Shown here: positions 39,643-49,344 of the stretch, piece after piece
Position numbering within the stretch: position 1 is the first letter of the stretch
How the letters are laid out: each line of letters opens with the position of its first letter
Source: an uncultured delta proteobacterium
GTDB lineage: Bacteria; Desulfobacterota; Desulfobacteria; Desulfobacterales; SG8-13
Length of the DNA: 64,000 nucleotides
Direction: 5' to 3'
Assembly (NCBI GenBank): GCA_963848135.1
Contig: CAWKCK010000003.1
Coordinates: 1 to 64,000 of the forward strand
Notes under the pieces: generated by a model
Seen by the model: only the letters and a program-made list of their open reading frames with translations
Databases searched by the model: none
What the model was told of the DNA's origin: nothing
Translations under genes and position numbers: made by a program

Positions 39643-40386
39643 ATGAATAAAAAAGTAATCTGCCTCATACTGGCAATGGCCGCCTTTTTTACCGGACTGC
39701 TTTCAGGCTGCATTATTTGCGTTCCTTACAGTTGCAGCATAGGAAGTGTCGCCGGATCTGGCACTGTTGTGACACTTACCAGGGCAGTGTCGGGCTTCGA
39801 CCGCATACACCTCAAGGGAGCGGGACGCGTTCTTGTAACACGGGGCAACAGAACAGCCGTCACCATAAAGACCGATGACAACATCCAATCGCTGATTAAA
39901 ACGACGGTCAATGGCAACACCCTCGCGATTTCCAACGAAACCGTGAACCTAAAACCGACGACACTTGAGTATCATGTGCACATGCCCAAATTGAAAGGTG
40001 TATCCATATCTGGGTCTGGTGACATTATCGTAGAAGGTCGTATAGAGGCGGATATTTTTGAAGCTGTCATCAAAGGCTCGGGTGACATGACAATGACCAT
40101 CATGGCCTCGCGCATGACCACCGGAATTAGCGGGTCCGGGTCCATGGATTTGATAGGCGAGGTAGATGAATTCCAAGCATCGGTCAAAGGCTCGGGAGAT
40201 ATCCGCGCCCATAATTTGAAGGCGAGGCATGCCACAGTCTCTATTGCCGGCTCCGGAGATTGTCATCTGTCCGTGTCCGAATCTCTTCGTGCAGAAATAT
40301 CCGGTAGCGGTGACATTATTTATACCGGCCGACCAAGGGTCGACAGTCTTATCAAGGGATCTGGCTCTGTCAAGGGCAAGAATTAG
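39643..40386 (+). CDS. Head GIN domain (DUF2807) lipoprotein
   Basis: Lipobox LSGC, GSG.V....R.VSGFD.I, repeated ISGSGD units. Confidence 0.92.
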   Translation: MNKKVICLILAMAAFFTGLLSGCIICVPYSCSIGSVAGSGTVVTLTRAVSGFDRIHLKGAGRVLVTRGNRTAVTIKTDDNIQSLIKTTVNGNTLAISNETVNLKPTTLEYHVHMPKLKGVSISGSGDIIVEGRIEADIFEAVIKGSGDMTMTIMASRMTTGISGSGSMDLIGEVDEFQASVKGSGDIRAHNLKARHATVSIAGSGDCHLSVSESLRAEISGSGDIIYTGRPRVDSLIKGSGSVKGKN

Positions 40387-40422
40387 GTCGCACTGTTGTC
40401 AAATGCATCAGAGGAGGCTCCA

Positions 40423-41880
40423 ATGGCAGGAAGAAATCATATCAGTTCATGGATATTCATATTTAAGCGTTTCTCCACATGCCTTCTAGTGGTTGCACTG
40501 GTATCCGGCTGTCAAACCACACCCAAATGGGTGCCGCATGATGGTACTCCAATGTCTCTTTATCCAGGTGAAAACTGGTCCAAAGCAACCCGGCCTGAAT
40601 TACTGGGGTGGTCACCGCAGAAGCTTGCTGAAGCCAAAGCCTATACGGATTCGATCGATACGTCCGCAGTTATGATAGTAGATGACGGTGTGGTGGTGGA
40701 TGCCTGGGGAGACATTACGCGCAGGTTTCAATGCCATTCCATGCGCAAGAGCCTTTTGAGTGCGATGCTCGGCATCCAGGTAGAACGGGAGAAGATTGAT
40801 CTGGCCAAAACACTGGGTGAGCTTGCTATCGATGATAACCCCCCATCGCTGACACCAGAGGAAAAACGGGCCACCGTCGGGGACCTGATCAAGGCCCGCT
40901 CCGGAATCTATCACCCGGCACTGGGCGAAAGCCCTGGAATGAAAGCCATGCGCCCGAAGCGTGGTAGCCACGCCCCCGGTACCTATTGGTACTACAACAA
41001 TTGGGACTTTAATGCCCTGGGTACCATATTCGAGCAGGAAACCCATACAGGAATCTTTGAAGCATTCGAACGTGATTTTGCCAACCCACTAAATATGGAA
41101 GATTTTAACCCCAGAGACTGCCGCTACCTCACCAGCGAAAATTACGAGCCGCCCGGCTTATCCAACCATCGCTATTATCTTTTCAGGATGAGCGCCCGCG
41201 ACTTGGCCCGTTTCGGTTTGTTGTTCCTAAAGGACGGCCGCTGGAAAGATCACCAGATCGTTTCCAAAGCCTGGGTTCAGGAGAGCACCAGCGCCCATTC
41301 GAAGGTCGGGCGGGACAGTTGGTACGGCTACATGTGGTGGTCAGGCACCCGGGGAGGGTTGTATCCCGGGGTGAAGGTCAAAGGACACTGCTATAGTGCG
41401 GCCGGCTGGGGCGGGCATCGTGTCATCATTTTGCCTTTCCGAAAACTGGTGGTCGTTCACCGGGTCAATACTGATCGCCGGTTCAACTATGTATCCAATG
41501 GCCAAATCGGTCGGCTCTTGTGGCACATCCTCGACGCCGCCGGTGAAAAGAACATCGGCGAGAAACCGGTCCTGGAGGCCGCCAAAGGCATCCGGCTCAC
41601 CGGAAACAGTCTCAAAAACGCGCTTGCAGGATGTATGATTCAAACGGTCCGTTATACGGTGAAAATTCCGAGCGACTCCCGCATGGAGTTCTGGGCCGGT
41701 GGCAAAAGGATCGATACAGCCAAATGGGGCACCGCCGGTGACAAAGGCTGGCTGAAGAGCAAAATCATAACCGGTGGGAAAAAAATATATCTTTATTTTG
41801 TTCTAGAAAATGACACTTTGAAATGGTACGACCGTGATGGGACCCTCGAAGGTAAAGGACACTATATTAAAGGTACCTAA
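40423..41880 (+). CDS. Serine hydrolase, beta-lactamase family (lipoprotein)
   Basis: SMRK (SxxK), YYNNWDFNALG (YxN), MSARDLARFG, YGYMWW, AAGWGG. Confidence 0.9.
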   Translation: MAGRNHISSWIFIFKRFSTCLLVVALVSGCQTTPKWVPHDGTPMSLYPGENWSKATRPELLGWSPQKLAEAKAYTDSIDTSAVMIVDDGVVVDAWGDITRRFQCHSMRKSLLSAMLGIQVEREKIDLAKTLGELAIDDNPPSLTPEEKRATVGDLIKARSGIYHPALGESPGMKAMRPKRGSHAPGTYWYYNNWDFNALGTIFEQETHTGIFEAFERDFANPLNMEDFNPRDCRYLTSENYEPPGLSNHRYYLFRMSARDLARFGLLFLKDGRWKDHQIVSKAWVQESTSAHSKVGRDSWYGYMWWSGTRGGLYPGVKVKGHCYSAAGWGGHRVIILPFRKLVVVHRVNTDRRFNYVSNGQIGRLLWHILDAAGEKNIGEKPVLEAAKGIRLTGNSLKNALAGCMIQTVRYTVKIPSDSRMEFWAGGKRIDTAKWGTAGDKGWLKSKIITGGKKIYLYFVLENDTLKWYDRDGTLEGKGHYIKGT

Positions 41881-41930
41881 CCCGCTTTTATATTAACTCG
41901 CATTTATTCATTTGCAAGGAGGTATCCCCC

Positions 41931-42140
41931 ATGAGAAAAGCCATTTTAATAATCACATTAGGGCTCTTTCTTTCGACGGTGATCGGCTGCATCGGGATCC
42001 AGGGAGGAAGCGATCAGGATCGGACCGAACCAACCCTTGGGCAACAGCTGATCGACCTTAAAAAGGCCAAAGATGAGGAAGCGATTACCCACGATGAATA
42101 CACCGCGTTAAAAAAGAAGCTCGTATTTTATTACGAGTGA
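41931..42140 (+). CDS. SHOCT-domain lipoprotein
   Basis: VIGC lipobox, PTLGQQLIDLKKAKDEEAIT..EY..LKKKL. Confidence 0.85.
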   Translation: MRKAILIITLGLFLSTVIGCIGIQGGSDQDRTEPTLGQQLIDLKKAKDEEAITHDEYTALKKKLVFYYE

Positions 42141-42320
42141 GGCCTCGATCACTATCGAGGCGCCTGATTGGATATCGATTTGTGAATTACCTTAAGCAAT
42201 ACCTAATAGCCAACTCCTTATCTGGCGAAAAATCGATAGCTTCGCGTCTCTGCGGGCGAAATGATAACCTCGCAGCCAAGATAAACACGGGAGGGATATC
42301 CTGCCACGTCGATTTATCAC

Positions 42321-42947
42321 TCAATTGGGTTTGAGCAGAGTAAGGATATATAGCTTCGGTTCATCGACATACGCCTTAACTTTGAAACCATAAGGGCTAA
42401 ACAAGTGCGTCGCATCGGACTTTGACGGAAAGTCATCCAACGGATATGAGGCACCACGTTTTAGCGTTTCGACGAAGGCTTTTCCCAGCGGATGGCTGAT
42501 AATTACCCTTCCCGCCGGTCTCAGTATTCGTGCCATATTGGTAAAGGTTCCAGCCTTGTCGGCAATGTTAGGGTAGCAGGCATTTATGAAAACCACATCA
42601 ATGACGCCGTTCTGCAAAGTTAAATCCCGCACATCAGCCTGAATCGTCTCCACACCAGAATAATTTGTCTCGAGCTGCTTCAGCATCGCCTCGGAAAGAT
42701 CACAAGCAATGACTCTTCCGGGGCGATAGTTTTTAATCAACGGTATCAGGATTCCGGTGCCGGTCCCGACATCCAAAACTGTGTCGCCTTCCCTGATCGT
42801 GGCCGCGGCCACGATCTTCTCGAGCCGTTCGGGAACGCCTTTCGGCAAGGGCGGTTCGAACAATTGGTAACTTTGGTCAAAGCGCTTTTGCTGGATTCGG
42901 TTGATTCGATCGATTTCATCTTGAGGTGGCCTTCTAAAATCTTTCAT
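42321..42947 (-). CDS. Class I SAM-dependent methyltransferase
   Basis: VLDVGTGTG, ACDLSEAML, RILRPAG. Confidence 0.9.
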   Translation of the reverse strand: MKDFRRPPQDEIDRINRIQQKRFDQSYQLFEPPLPKGVPERLEKIVAAATIREGDTVLDVGTGTGILIPLIKNYRPGRVIACDLSEAMLKQLETNYSGVETIQADVRDLTLQNGVIDVVFINACYPNIADKAGTFTNMARILRPAGRVIISHPLGKAFVETLKRGASYPLDDFPSKSDATHLFSPYGFKVKAYVDEPKLYILTLLKPN

Positions 42948-43129
42948 TATCGTTCCTCCTGGCCGGGGGTAAATCATATATCATTTTACATCACCGGTCA
43001 GGGCATGCGCAATATGTACAATGATATTTAAGAAACTGAATACAATGCAGATACCAAAGTATCCGGGTTTTAAAAAATCTTGACACAGATAATTGTCCCA
43101 TCATATGAATTCAGAAGAGGGTTTAAATC

Positions 43130-44416
43130 ATGGCCCACATCGCCGCCCAATCTGCATATCGCCGCCTCACCGAACGTCTTAATCACTTTCCCCAGGGGGC
43201 ATCCCCCTCCGTGCTGCTCACCAAAATTCTGAAGATTCTCTTCGATGAAAAAGAGGCCGAGTTGGTCTCGCTGTTACCCATAAAACCATTTACGGCAAAG
43301 CGTGCGGCGCGCATCTGGCAGGTACCCGAAAGCAGGGCGCGAAGACAACTGGACCGGCTGGCCGACAAAGCCTTGTTGGTGGACTTCGATGTGGCCGGCG
43401 AAACCCGTTACGTGCTGCCGCCGCCCATGGCCGGGTTTTTCGAGTTTTCGATGATGCGCGTCCGCGAGGACATCGATCAGAAACTACTCGGAGAACTTTT
43501 CTATCAATATCTGAATGTCGAAGAAGACTTTATTCGAGAATTGTTTACCAAGGGCCAAACCCAGCTCGGGCGCGCCTTTGTCCATGAACCGGCCCTACCA
43601 GAGGAAAATGCCCTGCACGTACTCGACTATGAACGCGCCAGTGAAGTCGTCAAAACGGCATCCTCCCGTGGAATCAGCATGTGCTACTGCCGCCACAAAA
43701 TGATGCACGTGGGCCGGGCCTGCGCAGCCCCCATGAATATCTGCATGACCTTCAACACCACGGCCGCATCCCTTATACGCCATGGTCACGCCCGGGCGGT
43801 GGATGTCTCCGAAGCGATGGATCTTTTGACCGAAGCGCATGAAAATAACCTGGTTCAGTTCGGTGAAAATATCCGCCATAAGGTAAACTTCATCTGCAAC
43901 TGCTGCGGGTGCTGCTGTGAAGCGATGATCGCCGCGCGGCGTTTTGCGGTAATGCACCCGATCCACACCACAAATTTTTTACCGGCAGTGAACGAACATA
44001 CCTGCAATGGCTGCGGCAAGTGCGTCGCGGCATGCCCGGTGGAAGCCATGGCGCTGGTTTCGGCCAATGACCCAACGCGCCCCCGGAAAAAGTTGGCCCG
44101 CCTCGACGAATCGCGATGCCTGGGTTGCGGGGTATGCGTCCGGTCCTGCACGAAAAACAGCAGCATCACACTGGTATCGCGGCCTCAACGGGTCATTACG
44201 CCCCTGAATGGTACCCACCGGGCGGTTCTGATGGCCATCGAACGGGGCAAGCTGCAGAACTTGATCTTCGACAACCAGGTCCTTTGGCACCACCGGGCGC
44301 TGGCCGCCCTACTCGGCGCTATCCTTCGTTTGCCCCCTGTCGAAAAAGCCCTGGCCCTTAAGCAGTTCAGGTCGCGCTATCTTGAAGCCATGGTATCGTG
44401 GTTTTCCGAATCGTGA
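43130..44416 (+). CDS. 4Fe-4S dicluster domain protein
   Basis: CYCRH, ICNCCGCCC, CNGCGKCVAACP, CLGCGVCVRSC. Confidence 0.92.
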   Translation: MAHIAAQSAYRRLTERLNHFPQGASPSVLLTKILKILFDEKEAELVSLLPIKPFTAKRAARIWQVPESRARRQLDRLADKALLVDFDVAGETRYVLPPPMAGFFEFSMMRVREDIDQKLLGELFYQYLNVEEDFIRELFTKGQTQLGRAFVHEPALPEENALHVLDYERASEVVKTASSRGISMCYCRHKMMHVGRACAAPMNICMTFNTTAASLIRHGHARAVDVSEAMDLLTEAHENNLVQFGENIRHKVNFICNCCGCCCEAMIAARRFAVMHPIHTTNFLPAVNEHTCNGCGKCVAACPVEAMALVSANDPTRPRKKLARLDESRCLGCGVCVRSCTKNSSITLVSRPQRVITPLNGTHRAVLMAIERGKLQNLIFDNQVLWHHRALAALLGAILRLPPVEKALALKQFRSRYLEAMVSWFSES

Positions 44417-44704
44417 ATGGTTATCGACGAAACGGCAGTTTTTGCGATGGACTTCGCGTTCTTGGCCGTGTTTATCTCTCTGGCGGTATCGCTGTGGCGT
44501 GGGAAGAAAGATGTTTTGCCCTGGCTTGTTGCCGTAGTCGCATCGATACTGGCAGAAAAATTTCTGCCCGGTAAATGGTATATTGCCATCGGAGGTATTA
44601 GCGGTGCAATGTCATCGGTTTGGGTGTCGGGGTCAAAAAAGAAGGAGAACAATTATGATACTGACTGATGCAGCCGTTATTTTGACAACCACTATAACCG
44701 AACC
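44417..44704 (+). pseudogene. C-terminal fragment of an AzlC-family permease, plus a possible truncated start of the next gene
   Basis: FAMDFAFLAVFISLAVSLW...LPWLVA...LPGKWYIAIGG matches the AzlC C-terminus only. RBS aaggag and ATG at 44655 run into the 3' end of the MutS-like gene. Confidence 0.65.
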
Positions 44705-46342
44705 TCAAAGGTATCCCTTTTCTTGCATGTATTGATGCCTGTCTTCTTGAGAAAAATTGATTTTCCTGGTTATTCTATCGGCATGGGACACCCTCGAGAT
44801 ACCCGGAATAACTCTGTATGTTGGACTATCTCCATTAAACTCAGCCATTAAACATTGCCCTTTTTTTTCTGCCATAAAACGATCCACTAATGAATGATTG
44901 TGTGTGACAAGAACCGTGTTGTTGCCAATGGTGTTGAAGTCATCTAGAATCCCAAAAGATTCGTGCAACCGCTCTTCATATGTGGTTCCTTCTGCCAGTT
45001 CATCCAGGATAACTAAGCTCCTGGGGCTGGTGGAGTAGAAGATGTCTCGGGTCCTGCTGAGTTCGGTACCGAAGCGTCCTTCATCATCCTGCAATCCATC
45101 AAATTTCGGCGCTTGATAACTGATCATATCCGCTATGTTAATCGCGGCTTTTTCAGCCACTACATAGGATCCCATCTGAGCCAGCAATTGATTTTGGACA
45201 ATGCTCTTGCATATGGTTGTTTTTCCGCCGCTATTAGGCCCGGTGATGAAACTCAACCGGGTCCCATTCATCTGTAAATCGTTTGGCACACATTCGGGTT
45301 TTTCTTTTGCCAGGATGGGGTTATTCAGACCCGTTGCATTGAAAGAATGATGGTCATCGTCCGTGACCAGAGGTAATGTTGTGGGGTGTGACAATTCACT
45401 GGCAAAGCGATGAAGTGATAGAAGCTCATCAATCATTCCCACCGTATCAACGGCTCGACTGAATGACTGGTCACTAATACACTTCTTTCTTAAAGGTTCA
45501 ATAAAGTTTCCCGTGTCTTTTACGGGTTTAACAATAAGGCTGTAGAATCCATACAGTCCCGTCCATACAAATCCTATGGTTGACATCAGGGGTGATATGG
45601 ATGGCCCCAGTTTAAATTTATTGTAAATATAGGGTACCAAGGCCACCGCAGGGCCAGCAAAAAGCCACCTTGAGAAACGATGCGGTATAAACTTAAGCTT
45701 TGGCGTAAAGATACCAACTTCGTTAGCTGCTTTCAGTCCGTTAAAGGTTTTGTAGATCGAACCCGTCATCATTTGATCAATCGGCGAGCCTTTATACCGC
45801 TGAAGGTTGGCTATCAATCCTCTTAAATACGGTGACTCCGCTTTGGGAACCGTTTGCATAACCCTGGTAATATTGGCCGCCGAGGTTTTAGCCTTTTTCA
45901 AATCGCGATATGGAAAGATGGCGTAGAGCTCTTTATTGAAAAATTTATAAAGCGCGCTTTCTCCTTTGCTGTATTCGTGAGCACAATCTTGCAGCGCCTG
46001 GCGCAGTTTCTCATTGGAACTAATTTCCTTTAGTGCTTCCTGTTTGGATTGAATGTAATCCAGATCTGTGCTTGGTTGGACCAGCGACCTTAACAGCACA
46101 GCAGAACCAGTAAAACTAACGGTATGATCAATCGCCTTGTGCAGTCGCAGCACCTGAATCAGTTCGAGCGTTTCTTTGTCGATGACCGGCAGTGGACATA
46201 GCTGCAAGAATAATTTCCGTGAGAATTTTGCTGGTTCCTGGTGTCCACTCAGTCTAATAAAATTCTTTTGGTCATTGGTCTGGATCAATGGCTCAAAGAT
46301 TTCGTTCTTCTCGACAAATACTTGCTCACGAGTATTTTTCAT
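44705..46342 (-). CDS. MutS-related protein (ATPase domain V, with hydrophobic segments)
   Basis: ITGPNSGGKTT, LLAQMGSYV.A, GRFGTEL, LVILDELAEGT, LVTHNH. No mismatch-recognition domain evident. Confidence 0.85.
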   Translation of the reverse strand: MKNTREQVFVEKNEIFEPLIQTNDQKNFIRLSGHQEPAKFSRKLFLQLCPLPVIDKETLELIQVLRLHKAIDHTVSFTGSAVLLRSLVQPSTDLDYIQSKQEALKEISSNEKLRQALQDCAHEYSKGESALYKFFNKELYAIFPYRDLKKAKTSAANITRVMQTVPKAESPYLRGLIANLQRYKGSPIDQMMTGSIYKTFNGLKAANEVGIFTPKLKFIPHRFSRWLFAGPAVALVPYIYNKFKLGPSISPLMSTIGFVWTGLYGFYSLIVKPVKDTGNFIEPLRKKCISDQSFSRAVDTVGMIDELLSLHRFASELSHPTTLPLVTDDDHHSFNATGLNNPILAKEKPECVPNDLQMNGTRLSFITGPNSGGKTTICKSIVQNQLLAQMGSYVVAEKAAINIADMISYQAPKFDGLQDDEGRFGTELSRTRDIFYSTSPRSLVILDELAEGTTYEERLHESFGILDDFNTIGNNTVLVTHNHSLVDRFMAEKKGQCLMAEFNGDSPTYRVIPGISRVSHADRITRKINFSQEDRHQYMQEKGYL

Positions 46343-46614
46343 CTCCCAGCTTTCTGTTTTTCTACCAATGTCATTAACTCAACGATATCAAGTAGATTAA
46401 AATGCCAAGACAGCCCGGACTGAGCGCAGCAGGCATACCCTTACACATTATCCGGTGCGGTATCAACCACAGCGCCGGCTGTTTTACCGTTCAACTCAAT
46501 GAAATAATTGGCTATTACTTTATTCTGAAGGGGCCATTTTATTAAATTTAATGGAAATTGGACAGATACTATTGATTTTGATATAGTATGAAAATACTAA
46601 AATAGAAATACAAT

Positions 46615-46695
46615 CAAAGATAAAGCCAAATCTGTCGCGAGGCAGAGACGGAAAGCCACGGACCTGTTCGCAGGCAGCCGGGTTGCCAAGGAACA
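46615..46695 (+). ncRNA. Cyclic di-GMP-I (GEMM-I) riboswitch
   Basis: aaagccaaa-tctgtc-GCGA-ggcaga-gacggaaagccacggacc...ggcagccgggttgcc matches the GEMM consensus. Confidence 0.92.
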
Positions 46696-46704
46696 ATAAT
46701 GGAA

Positions 46705-46740
46705 GCCGAGTTGCCACAGGAGCAGCTCGGTTTTTGTTTT
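46705..46740 (+). terminator. Riboswitch expression-platform terminator
   Basis: gccgagttgc-cacagga-gcagctcggt-ttttgtttt. Confidence 0.85.
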
Positions 46741-46812
46741 ATAGAGGCAAGGATAGGAAGGAATCGCGCCGATACAGTATATTAACCTCGGAAACTTATG
46801 AAAGGTAAAGTC

Positions 46813-47790
46813 ATGAAAACAAAAATATCTACTGTTCATTTCTTGCTGGCTCTTGGAATTCTTAGTTTGGCTGCATGCGGTGGCGGTGGTGGTAATGGAG
46901 TTCCCTTCATTGAACCCCCTAGCTTAAGCTATACGGGTGTATCCTCGCAGGCAACAATTGATTCAAACAACGCAGCTGGGCTGGCAAGCGATGCTTTCCT
47001 CGGGGGCGAATCAGCCACTGATTTAAGTATATTCAGTTCATTCTCAGGCCCTCAGTCAATGTTCGTGAGAGAAATAAAACTGTATGAAGTTGTGCAAATT
47101 TTTAAGGGAGAACTTTACGAAATCGATTTCAACGCCCAAAGAAGGGATTCGCTTGCGATACGATCGGAGCAAGAGACTTTATTCGGAGACTGCGGTGGCT
47201 CGGCAATTTATGCGGTAGAATTGGATGATGCCATTGGTTCATTCACAGGTTCAATGACATTCAGTGACTTTTGCAACGGTGGAACAACCATTGCCGGGTC
47301 TGTTGGACTTTCTGGCCGGCTCGATGTGAGCACCCGCGACTTTCTTAATTTTAATTTCTCCATCAACATGGTCAGCTTATCCTCGGCCAATCAATCTTAT
47401 GTCATGGATGGTGATGTGTCCTTTAACGTGTCCGGAACCACATCCACAGCATCAATCGGAATGTTTATGAGGGACAACTCTGGCGAAGTCTTCTGGGTAA
47501 AGGACTATGTTCTCGATATTTCAGAAGGGGCCGATTATGTTGATATAAATATGTCAGGAAGATTTTTTCATCCGACCCATGGATACGTCGATTTGTCTAC
47601 CATCACACCCGCTCGCATCTACCACGTATACGAATGGCCGTCCTCTGGTGTATTGCAGATCGTTGGTGCAGACGGCACGAAAGCGCGACTGACAGCCCTT
47701 GATCAAAACTTTTGCGAGATTCTTGCCGATACAAATGGGGACGATAATTACGACTACGGTCCCGTTCAGATGAGCTGGCAAGACATTTAA
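46813..47790 (+). CDS. Hypothetical beta-rich lipoprotein under riboswitch control
   Basis: Lipobox LAAC plus a Gly linker and S/T/G/D-rich sequence. Confidence 0.8.
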   Translation: MKTKISTVHFLLALGILSLAACGGGGGNGVPFIEPPSLSYTGVSSQATIDSNNAAGLASDAFLGGESATDLSIFSSFSGPQSMFVREIKLYEVVQIFKGELYEIDFNAQRRDSLAIRSEQETLFGDCGGSAIYAVELDDAIGSFTGSMTFSDFCNGGTTIAGSVGLSGRLDVSTRDFLNFNFSINMVSLSSANQSYVMDGDVSFNVSGTTSTASIGMFMRDNSGEVFWVKDYVLDISEGADYVDINMSGRFFHPTHGYVDLSTITPARIYHVYEWPSSGVLQIVGADGTKARLTALDQNFCEILADTNGDDNYDYGPVQMSWQDI

Positions 47791-47912
47791 ATGGATTTAT
47801 TAATCCAATCAAGTAGATTGAATACAAGATCACCGGGTGGCTCATAAATGGGGCCACCCAATTCACTTTAATCTTTCCCGTCCATCCTTTATTGGCAATT
47901 ATAGGAGACGCG

Positions 47913-48593
47913 ATGAAAAGGTTTAAATCAGAAGGTTTCCTGCAAAGCGGACACAAGCTATTGGTTATTATCATAGAAATGACTGCTGTCATCTTACTTC
48001 TTTTTGGATGTTCGCATACTGAAAAAGTTCTGATGCCACCCCGGGTACTATTGAACTCCTATTACACTATTGGTGTGATCGAATTTTCCACCAATGCTGA
48101 AGATACGCTCAAGCCTTATATGACTCAGAATTTCATTCAATATATCCAGTCGGCACAGCCAGGAACGCTTATCCTCGAGTTAGGAGACGAAGATCAAATA
48201 TTGCGATCACTGGGACAAAACAGCCTCAATCCGCAAACAATTCAATCGATCGGTAAAAAGTACAATGTCGATGCACTCATATTGGGGCACCTGGAAGTTT
48301 CGGAAATAAAGCCGAAAATTGATGTATACACGGCGGCCAAGGCCATTAGCGCAAAAGCCTATATCGAAGCGGCGCTTAGCACCCGGATTTTAGAAACTCG
48401 TAACGGCGCCACTTTCTGGACCCGAGTAACATCAAGCAAAACTCAGGTGGCCAAAATAAAAGTGCTGGAAGCCGGTTCAGTCAGCTTTGGTATCAGTGAT
48501 CCCAAAGAAAAATACGGAAAGCTGGTTCCAGAGTTAGCATATGCGAACACTTCGGATTTTCGGTCGTATTATGAGTATCGAACCATAAAATGA
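47913..48593 (+). CDS. Hypothetical lipoprotein (CsgG/TolB-N-like pattern)
   Basis: LFGC lipobox, IGVIEF, IGKKYNVDALILG, ILETRNGATFW. Confidence 0.7.
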   Translation: MKRFKSEGFLQSGHKLLVIIIEMTAVILLLFGCSHTEKVLMPPRVLLNSYYTIGVIEFSTNAEDTLKPYMTQNFIQYIQSAQPGTLILELGDEDQILRSLGQNSLNPQTIQSIGKKYNVDALILGHLEVSEIKPKIDVYTAAKAISAKAYIEAALSTRILETRNGATFWTRVTSSKTQVAKIKVLEAGSVSFGISDPKEKYGKLVPELAYANTSDFRSYYEYRTIK

Positions 48594-48685
48594 TATAAAT
48601 TATCCTAAGAATTCTAAATAGTAGAAGAGGGGGAGAGAACTTTCCAATAGAAATTGTATACGTACAAAGTTAACGACAGGCCTAT

Positions 48686-49126
48686 CTATGACTGTTTTTT
48701 TCGCTGTAGCTTAAGTTTAGACGAGCTACTCGAAAGCACCTGAAACGTTACACCGCCCAGCCGAATACCATCTTTGCCCTGATGAATTGGAATTTGGTGT
48801 AAATATTCCATTTTTGAGTCCAAAGAATTAATTATCACGCCGATTTTAAGAATCCCATCAGAGCGGCCACGGTAAATCAGCTTAATTTTTCCAACGGATA
48901 CCCAATCATCCTTGTAAAGGATGACATTTTCACTAATATCGGTCCTGAGTTTTGGTGAATCGATTGCTTTCGATTCTTTTGCCCGCTGCTTGAAATATGC
49001 CCAGTAGGAATCCTCCTTCTGCGTGAAAAATACCGAGTAGACGAATCCGGCAAAAAAAACCGAAATAACAAGAATAAAGCCGGTAATTGTCAGACGCCGT
49101 TTTCTGGCTTCTTCCATGATATTCAA
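48686..49126 (-). CDS. Hypothetical single-TM protein
   Basis: N-terminal TM helix followed by a soluble domain. Confidence 0.65.
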   Translation of the reverse strand: MNIMEEARKRRLTITGFILVISVFFAGFVYSVFFTQKEDSYWAYFKQRAKESKAIDSPKLRTDISENVILYKDDWVSVGKIKLIYRGRSDGILKIGVIINSLDSKMEYLHQIPIHQGKDGIRLGGVTFQVLSSSSSKLKLQRKKQS

Positions 49127-49227
49127 CCCTTGATAAAAGGCCGCTGATTGGGACTGACATCAGGCAGTGCCGGAAGATACCTGATCAACCGGCCCGCCTG
49201 AAAATTTATTAATGTTCAAATTATCAA

Positions 49228-49317
49228 TTAACCCCATAATCCCCAGCCGAATGACGCCATGAACAGTAGGGTAAAGGATACTATACCCAACAGCCATTTG
49301 TCTTCTTTTTTCATCAT
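49228..49317 (-). CDS. Small membrane protein downstream of the symporter
   Basis: RBS ggag/aagga, then MMKKEDKWLLGIVSFTLLFMASFGWGLWG* (29 aa, not in the ORF track). Confidence 0.55.
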   Translation of the reverse strand: MMKKEDKWLLGIVSFTLLFMASFGWGLWG

Positions 49318-49344
49318 TCCTTACTCCAATCATATCATATTCAT

